Positions 9,506 to 19,429 of a stretch of DNA of 64,000 nt are shown one piece after another. Made by a program: the position numbers and the translations under genes. Under the pieces are notes generated by a model. It was not told the DNA's origin. It did no database searches and saw only the letters and a program-made list of their open reading frames with translations. How positions within the stretch are numbered: position 1 is the stretch's first letter; every line of letters starts with the position of its first letter. The stretch comes from an uncultured bacterium (lineage in GTDB: Bacteria; Omnitrophota; Gorgyraeia; Duberdicusellales; 4484-171), in the NCBI GenBank assembly GCA_913050175.1, contig CAJXAF010000002.1, positions 185 to 64,184 of the forward strand. Direction: 5' to 3'.

Positions 9506-9898
9506 TTAAACTCTTCTCTTTTTCTTTGGCCTGCATCCATTATGAGGCATTGGAGTTATATCTCTTACTTTTTTTACTGCCAGGCCAGCTGCCTGCAAAG
9601 ACCTAATTGCTGATTCCCTGCCCGGACCAGGACCTTTTACTAAAACTTCTAACTCTCTAAGGCCCATTTCTCTCACCTGTTTGGCTGCATTCATAGATGC
9701 AATTTGAGCCGCATAAGGCGTAGATTTCTTTGCACCCTTAAAACCAACGGTTCCAGCTGAAGACCAGGCCAAAACATTGCCCTTTAAATCACTGATAGTG
9801 ACCATAGTGTTATTAAACGTAGCAGTAATATGAGCTACGCCAATACTTGATGTCAGCTGAATCTTTTTCTTTTTTTCCCGTCGTCTTTTTTGTGCCAT
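9506..9898 (-). CDS. rpsK: 30S ribosomal protein S11
   Basis: [25 protein letters not shown]. Confidence 0.98.
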   Translation of the reverse strand: MAQKRRREKKKKIQLTSSIGVAHITATFNNTMVTISDLKGNVLAWSSAGTVGFKGAKKSTPYAAQIASMNAAKQVREMGLRELEVLVKGPGPGRESAIRSLQAAGLAVKKVRDITPMPHNGCRPKKKRRV

Positions 9899-9910
9899 TT
9901 ATTCTCCTTA

Positions 9911-10282
9911 TTACTTTTTCTTAATTCCGCCAACTCTAGGTTTTGGTCCCTTACGGGTGCGAGCATTACATTTAGTCCTCTGCCCCCTAACCGGTAGACC
10001 TTTCTTGTGGCGTGAACCGCGATATGCTCCGACATCGATTAATCTTCTGATATTTTGAGAAATTTCTCGACGTAATTCTCCTTCAATCCTGTGATTTGCC
10101 TGGACAAAAGTAGAAATTCTTGATACTTCCTCATCGCTCAAGTCGCTAGCTTTTCTATCAGGATCAATTTCTACTGCCTTAAGTATATCCAAAGCCTTTA
10201 TAGGCCCAATACCATAAATATATCTTAAAGCTATTTTGATTTGTTTTGTTTTTGGTATATCAACACCGAAAATCCTTGGCAT
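9911..10282 (-). CDS. rpsM: 30S ribosomal protein S13
   Basis: YIYGIG, GLPVRGQRTKCNARTRKG. Confidence 0.98.
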   Translation of the reverse strand: MPRIFGVDIPKTKQIKIALRYIYGIGPIKALDILKAVEIDPDRKASDLSDEEVSRISTFVQANHRIEGELRREISQNIRRLIDVGAYRGSRHKKGLPVRGQRTKCNARTRKGPKPRVGGIKKK

Positions 10283-10333
10283 CCCTATCTCCTCTTTTCT
10301 TAACCTTTTTGTCTAAATTTTACGACTTACTTC

Positions 10334-10447
10334 TTATCCTTGTCTCTGCTTATGCTTAGGGATCTTACATATTACCCTAACCACACCCTTTCTTCTTATT
10401 ATTTTACATTTATCACAAATCTTCTTTATTGATGACTTAACTTTCAT
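10334..10447 (-). CDS. rpmJ: 50S ribosomal protein L36 (37 aa, not in ORF track)
   Basis: Manual translation [37 protein letters not shown]. Confidence 0.97.
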   Translation of the reverse strand: MKVKSSIKKICDKCKIIRRKGVVRVICKIPKHKQRQG

Positions 10448-10461
10448 ATCTTCTCCGAATC

Positions 10462-10680
10462 CTATTTCTGTCTGTAAGTTATCCTTCCTCGGGTTAAATC
10501 ATAAGGTGAAAGCTCAAGTTTAACTTTATCACCGGGAAGAATGCGGATAAAATGCATTCGCATTTTCCCGGAAACATGCGCAAGCACCACATGGTCATTC
10601 TCAAGTTTTACCCTAAACATAGCATTTGGTAAAGCTTCAAGAATCTCTCCCTCAACTTCTATTAACTCTTCTTTTGCCAT
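10462..10680 (-). CDS. infA: Translation initiation factor IF-1
   Basis: [25 protein letters not shown]. Confidence 0.98.
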   Translation of the reverse strand: MAKEELIEVEGEILEALPNAMFRVKLENDHVVLAHVSGKMRMHFIRILPGDKVKLELSPYDLTRGRITYRQK

Positions 10681-10724
10681 ATATATTTTATATAGTTACC
10701 ATTATAATAAAAACAATTTTTACA

Positions 10725-11486
10725 TTAAGCAGTTAAAATCCAAGGACCCTTCTTAGTCACAGCTATGGTATGCTCAAAGTGAGCTGATAAAGAGTCATCT
10801 TTGGTTTTTGCAGTCCAACCATCGCTAAGTATCTTTATATCATAACTTCCGGCTGAAACCATTGGTTCAACAGCAATGGCCTGGCCGTTAACGAGCTCCA
10901 TGCCTTCACCTTTATCACCGAAATTAGGAACTTCCGGAGGAGTATGCAAATCTCGCCCAATACCATGACCAACGAACTTACGAATAACTGAAAATCCTTT
11001 TTTTTCCACGAAAGTCTGTATGGCATTACTTACATCGCCAATTCTAGCTCCAACCTTAATTCTACGTATTCCCTCATCGAGAGACCGTTTGGAAACAGCA
11101 ACTAAATTGCGAGCAGCCTTGGATACTTTTCCTACCGGGTAGGTATAGGCTGTGTCAACGAATAGACCCTTATATTTTATTCCCAGATCTACACTCACTA
11201 GATCGCCGTCTTTTATCACTCTACCTGAAGGGATACCGTGTATTATCTCTTCATTTACTGAAACACAGCATGAAGCCGTGTACCCCATAAACCCCTTAAA
11301 AGCCGCAGACATTTCTGGATAATCAGCTATTTTTTTTTCAAAGAACTTTTCAATATCCTTAGTTGTAATCTTATCTTTTATAAAGACTTTTAATTCTTTA
11401 AGTACGATTGAGGCAACTTTTCCTGCCTCGCGCATCGTTTTTAATTCATCTAGAGTTAGAGGTTCAAACACTAAGCATCCCTCCAT
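10725..11486 (-). CDS. map: Methionine aminopeptidase type I
   Basis: SVNEEIIHGIP, VSVD.G, GHGIG, AVEPM, SAHFEHT. Confidence 0.96.
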   Translation of the reverse strand: MEGCLVFEPLTLDELKTMREAGKVASIVLKELKVFIKDKITTKDIEKFFEKKIADYPEMSAAFKGFMGYTASCCVSVNEEIIHGIPSGRVIKDGDLVSVDLGIKYKGLFVDTAYTYPVGKVSKAARNLVAVSKRSLDEGIRRIKVGARIGDVSNAIQTFVEKKGFSVIRKFVGHGIGRDLHTPPEVPNFGDKGEGMELVNGQAIAVEPMVSAGSYDIKILSDGWTAKTKDDSLSAHFEHTIAVTKKGPWILTA

Positions 11487-11506
11487 CTTTTTTCAAAGAA
11501 CCACAT

Positions 11507-12058
11507 TTACTCTAAAAGGTCTTTTATTCTTTTAAAAATATCTTCGATGCTACCCTGGCCGTTAACTTCCATAAGTTTGCCATTATTTCGATAAAATTCT
11601 AATATTTGATTGCATTCGTTTATAAAAACTTCCCATCGCTTGGCAATAACTTCGGGGTCATCATCGCCTCGGCCTCTCTTGGTTAAACGCTCAATGATGG
11701 TTTCTTGATTGACTTGTAAATAAAGGAAAATATCTATTTCTAAATTCTTTTTCTTTAAAATAGCTTCTAAATTTTTAGCCTGATCTAAATTTCGTGGATA
11801 CCCATCTAAAATAAACCCTGTCTGGGCAATATTTTCCTCAATAACCTGAGAAACTAGATCATCCGGTACTAGTAAGCCTTTTTCCATATAACTTTTAACT
11901 TTTTCACCAAGCTCACTTCCTTTTTTAACCTCTTCTCGCAAAATATCACCTAAAGAGATTTTTTTTAGATCTAACTCTTTAGCAATCATAACAGCTTGCG
12001 TACCCTTACCAGAACCTGGTGAGCCAAAAATAACTATTCTTTTATCTGTCATAATCAT
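11507..12058 (-). CDS. adk: Adenylate kinase, short (LID-less) type
   Basis: GSPGSGKGTQ, ILDGYPR, RGRGDD short lid; position after secY. Confidence 0.93.
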   Translation of the reverse strand: MIMTDKRIVIFGSPGSGKGTQAVMIAKELDLKKISLGDILREEVKKGSELGEKVKSYMEKGLLVPDDLVSQVIEENIAQTGFILDGYPRNLDQAKNLEAILKKKNLEIDIFLYLQVNQETIIERLTKRGRGDDDPEVIAKRWEVFINECNQILEFYRNNGKLMEVNGQGSIEDIFKRIKDLLE

Positions 12059-12064
12059 AGCTCT

Positions 12065-13420
12065 TTATTTTCTTCCCTTTAAACTGCTTCCCTTAATAAA
12101 ACCATCATAATGACGAATCACGAGCTGGCCTTCAATCTGTTTCATGGTATCAATAATTACACCCACCATAATTAAAAGAGTTGTACCGCCAAATAGTGAG
12201 GCCAGACCATATGATGGCACTCTAAATAAATACATTACACAATTAGGAAATATTGCAATAAGGCTTATATATAAAGCTCCTATAAAAATAATTCTTGTAG
12301 CAACAAAATCTAAGTAGTTAGCAGTCGGTCTACCGGGACGGATTCCCGGAATAAATCCTCCGTGTTTCTTAAGATTATTGGAAATTTCGAGAGGATTAAA
12401 TACCATAGCTGTGTAAAAATACATAAAGAACATAATAAGGCATACGAAAAATAAATTATACCATAGACCCCTCTGTTGAATCATCCCCTGCAGGAAACTA
12501 AGAACACCTGTGGCTTTTGGCAAGAGCATAGCAATGGTTGCCGGAAAAGTCATGACACTACTTGCAAAAATAATAGCAATCACCCCTGACATGTCAACTT
12601 TGATAGGTAAGTATGTACTCTGGCCTCCATAAACTTTTCGGCCGACAACTCTTCTGCCATACTGTATCGGGATACGACGCTGAGCCTGGCTAAAAAGGAC
12701 AACTGCGATTATCATCAGAAACCACAAAGCAAACAACATTAAAACTTTAACTGTATGAATCTGTTGTTTGGAAGGGTCAAAGGGCGACCACAAAATAAAT
12801 AATTGCCTAACCGAAGAAGGAATTCTAGACATAATACTGGCAGTAATTATAATCGAAATACCATTACCAATACCTCTTTCCTGTATCTGTTCACCTAACC
12901 ACATTATAAAAACTGTACCTGCAGTTAAAGTAAGGATAGTGATAAGGCTAAACATCGGTCCGGGATTAGCCACAATAACATAACCCTTAAAATTACCTGA
13001 ATTTGAAAGCCATAAAGACAAAAATAAACCTTGGACAACACAAAGAGCGAATGTTAAATATCTTGTGTATTGATTGATCTTTTCATAGCCAGCCTTGCCT
13101 TCCTTAGCTATACGCTCCAGTGCCGGAACCACGGCTGTAAGAAGTTGCATAATGATTGAGGCTGAAATATAAGGCATTATTCCTAAAGCAAAAATACTTA
13201 AACGAGTCAATGCCCCGCCAGTAAATAGATTAACCATACCTAAGATTCCCTCCCCGGCGGTCTTTGAGAGTTCATCAAAAAACTTAGTTAAATTATAAGT
13301 ATTGATTCCGGCTGTAGGTATAAAACATCCGGCTCGATAAACTATGAGTAGAGAAAGAGTTATTAAAATCTTTCTTTTCAGCTCAGCTATTTTCAGGATG
13401 TTGACTATCGACTTAAACAT
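12065..13420 (-). CDS. secY: Preprotein translocase SecY
   Basis: FALGIMPYISASII, GIGNGISIII, FIPGIRPG, GGT.LLI. Confidence 0.98.
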   Translation of the reverse strand: MFKSIVNILKIAELKRKILITLSLLIVYRAGCFIPTAGINTYNLTKFFDELSKTAGEGILGMVNLFTGGALTRLSIFALGIMPYISASIIMQLLTAVVPALERIAKEGKAGYEKINQYTRYLTFALCVVQGLFLSLWLSNSGNFKGYVIVANPGPMFSLITILTLTAGTVFIMWLGEQIQERGIGNGISIIITASIMSRIPSSVRQLFILWSPFDPSKQQIHTVKVLMLFALWFLMIIAVVLFSQAQRRIPIQYGRRVVGRKVYGGQSTYLPIKVDMSGVIAIIFASSVMTFPATIAMLLPKATGVLSFLQGMIQQRGLWYNLFFVCLIMFFMYFYTAMVFNPLEISNNLKKHGGFIPGIRPGRPTANYLDFVATRIIFIGALYISLIAIFPNCVMYLFRVPSYGLASLFGGTTLLIMVGVIIDTMKQIEGQLVIRHYDGFIKGSSLKGRK

Positions 13421-13860
13421 TCAGCCACGCCTCCAGCTTTTTCTATAACTTCCTTAGCTTTCAGAGAAAACTTATCAGCTTTTATAGTAACTTTTAGAGA
13501 AAAATCACTTTGAATTTTAGCTAAGATTTTTACAGGTTTCTTTATACTTTTTATAAGGTTTTTTTCCTTTAAGACTTCGGGGTTAATTTCTTTTATTTCG
13601 CCTAACTTAGTCTGAATATCACCTAAGTTAACAACCTGAAAATCTCTTTTACGTACAGGTGTAAAGCCCCTCTTTGGTAGCAATCGGGCAAAAGTAAGGC
13701 TACCGCCACGATAGCCAGGATAAGGTGTCTTTTTACCCTTTCTCTGACCAGCTCCTTTGTGTCCCCGGGTTGAAGTTTTACCTCTACCGGTGCCGGTACC
13801 ACGGCCAACCCTTTTAGTCTTTTTATTAGCTACTTTAGGTTTAATACTTGATAAGTCCAT
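13405..13860 (-). CDS. rplO: 50S ribosomal protein L15
   Basis: KRVGRGTGTGRGKTSTRGHKG, LPKRGF. Confidence 0.96.
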   Translation of the reverse strand: MDLSSIKPKVANKKTKRVGRGTGTGRGKTSTRGHKGAGQRKGKKTPYPGYRGGSLTFARLLPKRGFTPVRKRDFQVVNLGDIQTKLGEIKEINPEVLKEKNLIKSIKKPVKILAKIQSDFSLKVTIKADKFSLKAKEVIEKAGGVAECLSR

Positions 13861-13862
13861 AG

Positions 13863-14381
13863 TTACCCCTTCAAACTCTGAAATCCCTGGAAAGTTGCTT
13901 TAACTACATTTATCTGATTAGTAGAATTTGCTAAATTTTTAGTTAAAATATCTTTTATTCCGGCACACTCACAAACTGCTCGCACAGGACTTGAGGCAAT
14001 AACCCCAGTTCCCTGACCGGCTGGTTTAAGTAGGATTCGGACTGCGCCGAATGAGCCAATTATCTGATGAGTAATAGTTGTTTTCTTTCTTTTTATAGGA
14101 ATTATATCTTTTTTAGCACGACTAATACCTTTGCGAATTGCATCAGCCACCTCGTTAGCTTTACCCAAAGCAAACCCAGCCATGCCTTCGCCGTCACCTA
14201 CTACTACTAAGGCTGAAAAACCTAAATTTTTACCACCCTTAGTTACTTTTGTTGTTCTATTTATAAAAAGTACTTTTTCAATAAAGGCTTTCTCTCTTGG
14301 CTGCGATCCAGAATCGCCAGCTTTATTATCTCTGGCTGCACCTGGTTTCCTATATTCTTGTTTTCTTCCTGATTGATTCAA
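13863..14381 (-). CDS. rpsE: 30S ribosomal protein S5
   Basis: INRTTKVTKGG, ALVVVGD, GTGVIA, NVVKAT. Confidence 0.96.
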   Translation of the reverse strand: MNQSGRKQEYRKPGAARDNKAGDSGSQPREKAFIEKVLFINRTTKVTKGGKNLGFSALVVVGDGEGMAGFALGKANEVADAIRKGISRAKKDIIPIKRKKTTITHQIIGSFGAVRILLKPAGQGTGVIASSPVRAVCECAGIKDILTKNLANSTNQINVVKATFQGFQSLKG

Positions 14382-14731
14382 AATTTCAATCCTCCTTCTC
14401 TTGCCCCCTCGGCCAAACAGCCTACTCGGCCATGATAGCTATAGCCACTTCTATCAAAAGAAATATTTTTAATTCCAGAATTAACAGCCTCTTGAGCAAT
14501 CATCTTACCAATTTCTTTTGCGGCTTCTTTTCCAGTAGATTTAATCTTCTTAGCTTTAAAATCCTTACTTAAGGTCGATCTTCCAAGAATCACTCTCTGG
14601 GATGAGTCATCCACCAATTGAGTATAGATGTGTTTTTTACTGCGGAAAACAACCAATCGAGGTTGTTCCTTGGATCCACGCATTTTCTTTGTAACTCTTT
14701 TATGTCTTCTTAGTCTACCAATTTTTTTCAT
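14378..14731 (-). CDS. rplR: 50S ribosomal protein L18
   Basis: PRLVVFRSKKHIY.Q, FDRSGY.YHGRV..LAEGAREGGL. Confidence 0.97.
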   Translation of the reverse strand: MKKIGRLRRHKRVTKKMRGSKEQPRLVVFRSKKHIYTQLVDDSSQRVILGRSTLSKDFKAKKIKSTGKEAAKEIGKMIAQEAVNSGIKNISFDRSGYSYHGRVGCLAEGAREGGLKF

Positions 14732-14742
14732 ATTTTAACTCG

Positions 14743-15282
14743 TTATTTTGCTAAAGCTTTACCTAATTTCTTACGTACTTCTTCTCCGGCATATCTTATT
14801 CCCTTACCCTTATACGGTTCGGGAGGATATATCTTTCTTACGTTTGCGGCAAACTCACCAACTTTCTGTTTATCAATACCTTCAACAACTATCTTTACCT
14901 GGGAAGGAGTTGAAACTTTTAAATCGTCAGAAACTTTAATCTCAACCGGGTGAGAAAATCCTACATTCAGAACTAAAGTTTTCCCTTTCATTTGAGTCTT
15001 GTAGCCAACACCGACTATCTCTAGCTCCTTTTTAAATCCTTTAGTTACACCGAGAATCATATTATTGATTAAAACCCTTATTGTGCCATGAAGACATCTT
15101 GACAATTTTTCGTCATCGGCCCGTTCTACTAAAATTTGATTATCCTTTAGCTTAACTGATACTCCGTCAGGAATAGCTAACTCCAATTTATCTTTTGCAG
15201 TCGCCACAGTACAAAGGCCATCCTTTAATTCAAATTTTACTTCTTTTGGTACTTCTATGGGTTGTTTTCCTACTCTTGACAT
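14743..15282 (-). CDS. rplF: 50S ribosomal protein L6
   Basis: MSRVGK, GVGYK, PPEPYKGKGIRY. Confidence 0.97.
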   Translation of the reverse strand: MSRVGKQPIEVPKEVKFELKDGLCTVATAKDKLELAIPDGVSVKLKDNQILVERADDEKLSRCLHGTIRVLINNMILGVTKGFKKELEIVGVGYKTQMKGKTLVLNVGFSHPVEIKVSDDLKVSTPSQVKIVVEGIDKQKVGEFAANVRKIYPPEPYKGKGIRYAGEEVRKKLGKALAK

Positions 15283-15304
15283 ATATTCTCCAATTTCACC
15301 TTAC

Positions 15305-15700
15305 TTACCAGACCATTCCGATAACTTCTCCGCCAACTCCTAATTCTTTAGCTTTCCTATCAGTCATAATTCCAGACGATGTCGAAATTAAGGTGATCCC
15401 ATACCCTCCCAAAGCACGGGGAATACTTTTCTTAGGTACGTAGACTCTTCGGCCCGGGGTAGAAATTTTCTTAATTTGAGTTATGGCATTCTTTTTACCA
15501 TCATAACGCAAATATATCTTTATCTTCTTTTTACCTTCTAAATCAATTTCTTTATAGTTTTGCAGATAGCCCTCGTCTTTTAAGATACTACAAATTTTTA
15601 GCATCGAACCTGAATAGGGAAAACTGGCATCGTCCTTTTTGGCGAAAACTGCATTTCTTAAAACTGTAAAGCAATCGCTAATTAAATCTGTTCTACTCAT
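15305..15700 (-). CDS. rpsH: 30S ribosomal protein S8
   Basis: D.ISD..T.LRNA, ISTPGRRVY, GVGGEVI. Confidence 0.97.
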   Translation of the reverse strand: MSRTDLISDCFTVLRNAVFAKKDDASFPYSGSMLKICSILKDEGYLQNYKEIDLEGKKKIKIYLRYDGKKNAITQIKKISTPGRRVYVPKKSIPRALGGYGITLISTSSGIMTDRKAKELGVGGEVIGMVW

Positions 15701-15766
15701 ATATACTTCCTCGCTTAGTTCTTTTATTAACTAAAGAATACTTTGTCCTAAATCCTACTTGACTTA

Positions 15767-15961
15767 TTACCAGCTAGCTTTCTTCACTCCAGGTATCAAG
15801 CCTCTCCAGGCAAGCTCTCTGAAGCAAATACGACAAAGCTCGAAATCGCGAATGTAAGCTCTTGGCCTTCCACAACGCCGGCAGCGATTGTGGTATCTGG
15901 TTTTAAATTTAACTTTTACTTTTTCGCGCTTCCACTTCTGGATTTTTGCTGTTGTTGCCAT
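15767..15961 (-). CDS. rpsZ: 30S ribosomal protein S14, Zn-binding (type Z)
   Basis: RCRRCGRPR...LCRICFRE...PGVKKASW. Confidence 0.96.
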   Translation of the reverse strand: MATTAKIQKWKREKVKVKFKTRYHNRCRRCGRPRAYIRDFELCRICFRELAWRGLIPGVKKASW

Positions 15962-15975
15962 TTTAATTCTCCGTT

Positions 15976-16545
15976 TTATCTTCTAAAAGGAAAACCAAAG
16001 CCCTTTAAAAGTTCTCTGGCTTCTTCATCATTAGTTGCACTAGTATTAATACTGATGTTCATTCCTTGAGTTCTACTAACTTTATCAAGGTTGATTTCGG
16101 GAAATATACTTTGCTCAGTAAGACCAAAGGTATAATTACCCCGGCCATCAAAAGAATTAGCTGGAAATCCACGAAAATCTCTAATTCGAGGAGATGCTAC
16201 ACTAATGAATCTATCAAGGAACTCATACATTATTTTGCCCCTTAAAGTAGTACAACAACCAATCGGGGCATTTTCTCTTAATTTAAAATTCGATATCGGC
16301 TTGCGAGAACGACAAATCTTAGCCTTCTGTCCGGTAATCTGGCCTAACTCAATAGCTGCTTTTTCAGTTAATTTTGCATCTTGGCTGCCTTGACCAATAC
16401 CCATATTAATAACAATCTTTATAAGCTTGGGCACAGCCATAGAATTCTTAATGCCGAACTTCTCTTTAAGTTGAGAAGCTATTGTGTCTCGATAATAAGG
16501 TATTAACCTTGGTACGTATTTTTCTTCTATATTGGCTTCTGACAT
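15976..16545 (-). CDS. rplE: 50S ribosomal protein L5
   Basis: [29 protein letters not shown]. Confidence 0.97.
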   Translation of the reverse strand: MSEANIEEKYVPRLIPYYRDTIASQLKEKFGIKNSMAVPKLIKIVINMGIGQGSQDAKLTEKAAIELGQITGQKAKICRSRKPISNFKLRENAPIGCCTTLRGKIMYEFLDRFISVASPRIRDFRGFPANSFDGRGNYTFGLTEQSIFPEINLDKVSRTQGMNISINTSATNDEEARELLKGFGFPFRR

Positions 16546-16841
16546 TTTTTACAAATCCTTGTTTTACTCTTATCCTCTGCGGTTTGAACTAAAAAACGAA
16601 CTCCTTTATTACAACTGGAACAAAATAAGCTAACGTTAGATATATGTATAGATGCCGGCACCTCTTTTATGCCACCGGGTTCACTTTCTGAGCGACGGCG
16701 AGTATGCTTTTTTACCAGGTTCAACCCCTCAACTACTACTCGTGATTTAGCGGTAAACACCTTTAAGATCTTACCAGTCTTATTCTTCGCCTTACCTGCC
16801 AAAACCACAACTTTATCGCCTTTTTTTACTCTCAAACTCAT
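16527..16841 (-). CDS. rplX: 50S ribosomal protein L24
   Basis: KKGDKVVVLAGK, VEGLNLVKKH, IHISNV. Confidence 0.97.
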   Translation of the reverse strand: MSLRVKKGDKVVVLAGKAKNKTGKILKVFTAKSRVVVEGLNLVKKHTRRRSESEPGGIKEVPASIHISNVSLFCSSCNKGVRFLVQTAEDKSKTRICKKCQKPI

Positions 16842-16846
16842 AACTC

Positions 16847-17212
16847 TTATATTACCTCTGGAGCTAAAGATAAAATCTTACCAAACTTATCCCTTAGCTC
16901 TCTTGCAACTGGTCCAAAAACACGAGTTGCCCTAGGATTGCCCTGTTTATCGATTATGACACAGGCATTCTTATCAAATTTAATTGCTAAACCATCTTTT
17001 CGCTTAATCGGAAAACGAGTTCTTACGACAACAGCCCTAACGACTTCGCCCTTTTTAATCGGAGCATTAGGCATAGCCTCTTTAACGCTGGCATTAAAAA
17101 CATCACCAATATCAGCATGATCTTTATTCTTCTTACCAATAACACCGATAAAAGAAACTTTTTTTGCTCCACTATTATCAGCAACATCTAGCTTTGTTCT
17201 TAAATAAATCAT
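16847..17212 (-). CDS. rplN: 50S ribosomal protein L14
   Basis: [26 protein letters not shown]. Confidence 0.97.
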   Translation of the reverse strand: MIYLRTKLDVADNSGAKKVSFIGVIGKKNKDHADIGDVFNASVKEAMPNAPIKKGEVVRAVVVRTRFPIKRKDGLAIKFDKNACVIIDKQGNPRATRVFGPVARELRDKFGKILSLAPEVI

Positions 17213-17448
17213 TTTACAATCTCTAAAAGTTGAAAATGGGTATCCTTCGAATAAGGTCGAGACTCAATTATTTTTACCCGGTCACCAACCTTTGCTTTAT
17301 TATCCTTATCATGGGCTTTAAATTTCTTTCTTTTTATTATTGATCTTTTATAGAGCTGGTGGGAAAATTTCATACCCACTAAAACAGTAATGGTTTTATC
17401 CATCTTGTCTGAAACAACTTTTCCCTCAATCACTTTACCTTTTTTCAC
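17209..17448 (-). CDS. rpsQ: 30S ribosomal protein S17
   Basis: [22 protein letters not shown]. Confidence 0.96.
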   Translation of the reverse strand: MKKGKVIEGKVVSDKMDKTITVLVGMKFSHQLYKRSIIKRKKFKAHDKDNKAKVGDRVKIIESRPYSKDTHFQLLEIVK

Positions 17449-17638
17449 TTTCCACCTCTTGCTTTTGCCCCATTATACTTTTAATCCGAGCTATATCGCG
17501 ACGGAATTGCTTAAAAAGATGCGGTTTCTCAACTCCGCTATGTCTTTTAAATTGCAACTCCATAAGCTGCTTATTAAGCTCCTCCATCTTTTCATTCAAT
17601 TCTTGGTTTGATAAACCACGTAAATCTTTTGCTTTCAC
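17435..17638 (-). CDS. rpmC: 50S ribosomal protein L29
   Basis: MKAKDLR, KPHL....RRDIARIK; synteny. Confidence 0.94.
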   Translation of the reverse strand: MKAKDLRGLSNQELNEKMEELNKQLMELQFKRHSGVEKPHLFKQFRRDIARIKSIMGQKQEVESEKR

Positions 17639-17667
17639 TTATTACTCCTTCTACTCTTAATCCTAGA

Positions 17668-18078
17668 CTAACGTCTTCGGTTCACAAACATAGTTTTAAA
17701 GGGGAGTTTATAGGCCGCTAATCTAAATGACTCTCTGGCATAATCCTCAGGAATGCCGCCTAATTCAAACAAAACCGCTCCCCGCTTAATTACGGCCACC
17801 CATTTATCAACTTCACCCTTGCCTTTACCCATTCTTGATTCAGCAGGGTGTTTTGTTATTGGCTTATCGGGAAAAACCCTGATCCATAATTTTCCCCCAC
17901 GTCTCAACCTTCTAGTTAAAATAATTCTTATAGTTTCAATAAGATTGTTTTTAAGCCAAGCCGCCTCAAGTGACTTTAATCCGAACTCACCAAAAGATAC
18001 TGCTGCGCCGCGGGTTGCGACTCCTCTTCTTTTTCCTCTTTGGGTTTTTCTATATTTTACTCTTTTTGGCAACAACAT
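17668..18078 (-). CDS. rplP: 50S ribosomal protein L16
   Basis: MLLPKRVKYRK, WIRVFPD, RMGKGKG. Confidence 0.97.
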   Translation of the reverse strand: MLLPKRVKYRKTQRGKRRGVATRGAAVSFGEFGLKSLEAAWLKNNLIETIRIILTRRLRRGGKLWIRVFPDKPITKHPAESRMGKGKGEVDKWVAVIKRGAVLFELGGIPEDYARESFRLAAYKLPFKTMFVNRRR

Positions 18079-18081
18079 AAC

Positions 18082-18750
18082 TTACCTAGCCTGCTCTTCT
18101 TTGATCATGTAACTACCTAATCTCTTTTCACCTTTATAAATCCAAACTTTGACTCCGATAGTTCCGTAAGTGGTCCGGGCAATGTAATAGCCGTAATCAA
18201 TATCTGCTCGAAAGGTTTGCAAGGGTACTTTGCCGTATTTATATGATTCCTTTCTGGCAATCTCAACTCCGCCCAAGCGGCCAGAACATCTGATCTTTAT
18301 TCCTTCACCGCCTAAGTTTGTAGCCTGCTGTATTGCTTTCTTCATAGCTCTTCTAAAATTAACCCTCCTGGTCAATTGAAAACCAATCTGTTCAGCTACC
18401 AGCTGGGCCTCAAGTGAAGGGTCGTGAACTTCTTCAACATCAATAACTATTTCTTTTTTAGTTAATTCACCTAGTTGTTTCTTTGTTCTCTCGATATCCT
18501 GGCCTCTTCTGCCAATTATAACTCCCGGGCGAGAAGTTCTTACCCTGACTCTGACCCCTCCGGCAGAAACTCTTTCAACAACTATCGTGGCAACTGAACC
18601 AGCCGGATAGTTAGACTTAACATAATCTCTGATTTTTAAATCCTCTTCTAGGTAATCAGCATATTCTCTCCTTTTAGGCGTAAACCAACGGGAAAGCCAA
18701 TCTTTGCCAAAACCAATTCTCAAAATATACGGATGTACTTTTTGTCCCAT
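18082..18750 (-). CDS. rpsC: 30S ribosomal protein S3
   Basis: MGQKVHP, PGVIIGR.G, SGRLGG.EIAR, PLQTFRADIDY. Confidence 0.98.
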   Translation of the reverse strand: MGQKVHPYILRIGFGKDWLSRWFTPKRREYADYLEEDLKIRDYVKSNYPAGSVATIVVERVSAGGVRVRVRTSRPGVIIGRRGQDIERTKKQLGELTKKEIVIDVEEVHDPSLEAQLVAEQIGFQLTRRVNFRRAMKKAIQQATNLGGEGIKIRCSGRLGGVEIARKESYKYGKVPLQTFRADIDYGYYIARTTYGTIGVKVWIYKGEKRLGSYMIKEEQAR

Positions 18751-18754
18751 AATC

Positions 18755-19114
18755 CTACCTTATTTTTACTCGTTCTATTAATTTTTCCTTTGTGTCTAAT
18801 TCAATTAATATATGAGATGTTCGTTTACGAATTAAAGACGCCCTTCCGAATGACGCAGCCCGATACCGTTTTAAAGTTGGTCCGGGATTAGCAATTACCT
18901 TGGAAATAAACAACGACTTCTCCTCATGGCCTTTATTTTTTGCGTTAGCTAAAGCTGACTTTAAGACTTTTTGAAGGTAATAAGCTCCTCTTTTAGAAGT
19001 AAGCGTTAACTTGCTCATAGCAACGCCAACAGGGTTTCCCTTAATAAGACTAATAACCGGTCTTACCTTAGTTGGAGAAATTCTTATATATTTTGCGTGG
19101 GCTTTTGCTATCAT
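18755..19114 (-). CDS. rplV: 50S ribosomal protein L22
   Basis: RISPTKVR, SALANA, GRA..IRKRTSH. Confidence 0.96.
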   Translation of the reverse strand: MIAKAHAKYIRISPTKVRPVISLIKGNPVGVAMSKLTLTSKRGAYYLQKVLKSALANAKNKGHEEKSLFISKVIANPGPTLKRYRAASFGRASLIRKRTSHILIELDTKEKLIERVKIR

Positions 19115-19129
19115 TTATAACCTTATGAT

Positions 19130-19417
19130 TTATTTTTTCGCTATTGCCTTCTTAGCTTTTATTCCGCCATGCTGTTTAAATGTTCTGGTAGGGGCAAATT
19201 CACCTAAGCGATGGCCGACCATACCTTCAGTTACGAAAACCGGCATATGCTTCTTACCATTATGTACAGCAAAGGTTAAACCAACAAAATCAGGAATTAT
19301 CATCGAAGCCCTTGACCAAGTTTTGATCGCTTTACGATCTCCGCTATCTTTAGCTAACTTAGCTTTCTTAAACAGCTTCTCTGCTATAAACGGTCCTTTT
19401 TTTAATGATCTAGACAT
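19130..19417 (-). CDS. rpsS: 30S ribosomal protein S19
   Basis: [25 protein letters not shown]. Confidence 0.98.
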   Translation of the reverse strand: MSRSLKKGPFIAEKLFKKAKLAKDSGDRKAIKTWSRASMIIPDFVGLTFAVHNGKKHMPVFVTEGMVGHRLGEFAPTRTFKQHGGIKAKKAIAKK

Positions 19418-19429
19418 TACTTATCTCCC

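Noticed and set aside
9489-9536. N-terminal extension of rpsD in the ORF track
   Set aside because: Overlaps rpsK; the conserved start MGRY at 9488 has its own purine-rich SD
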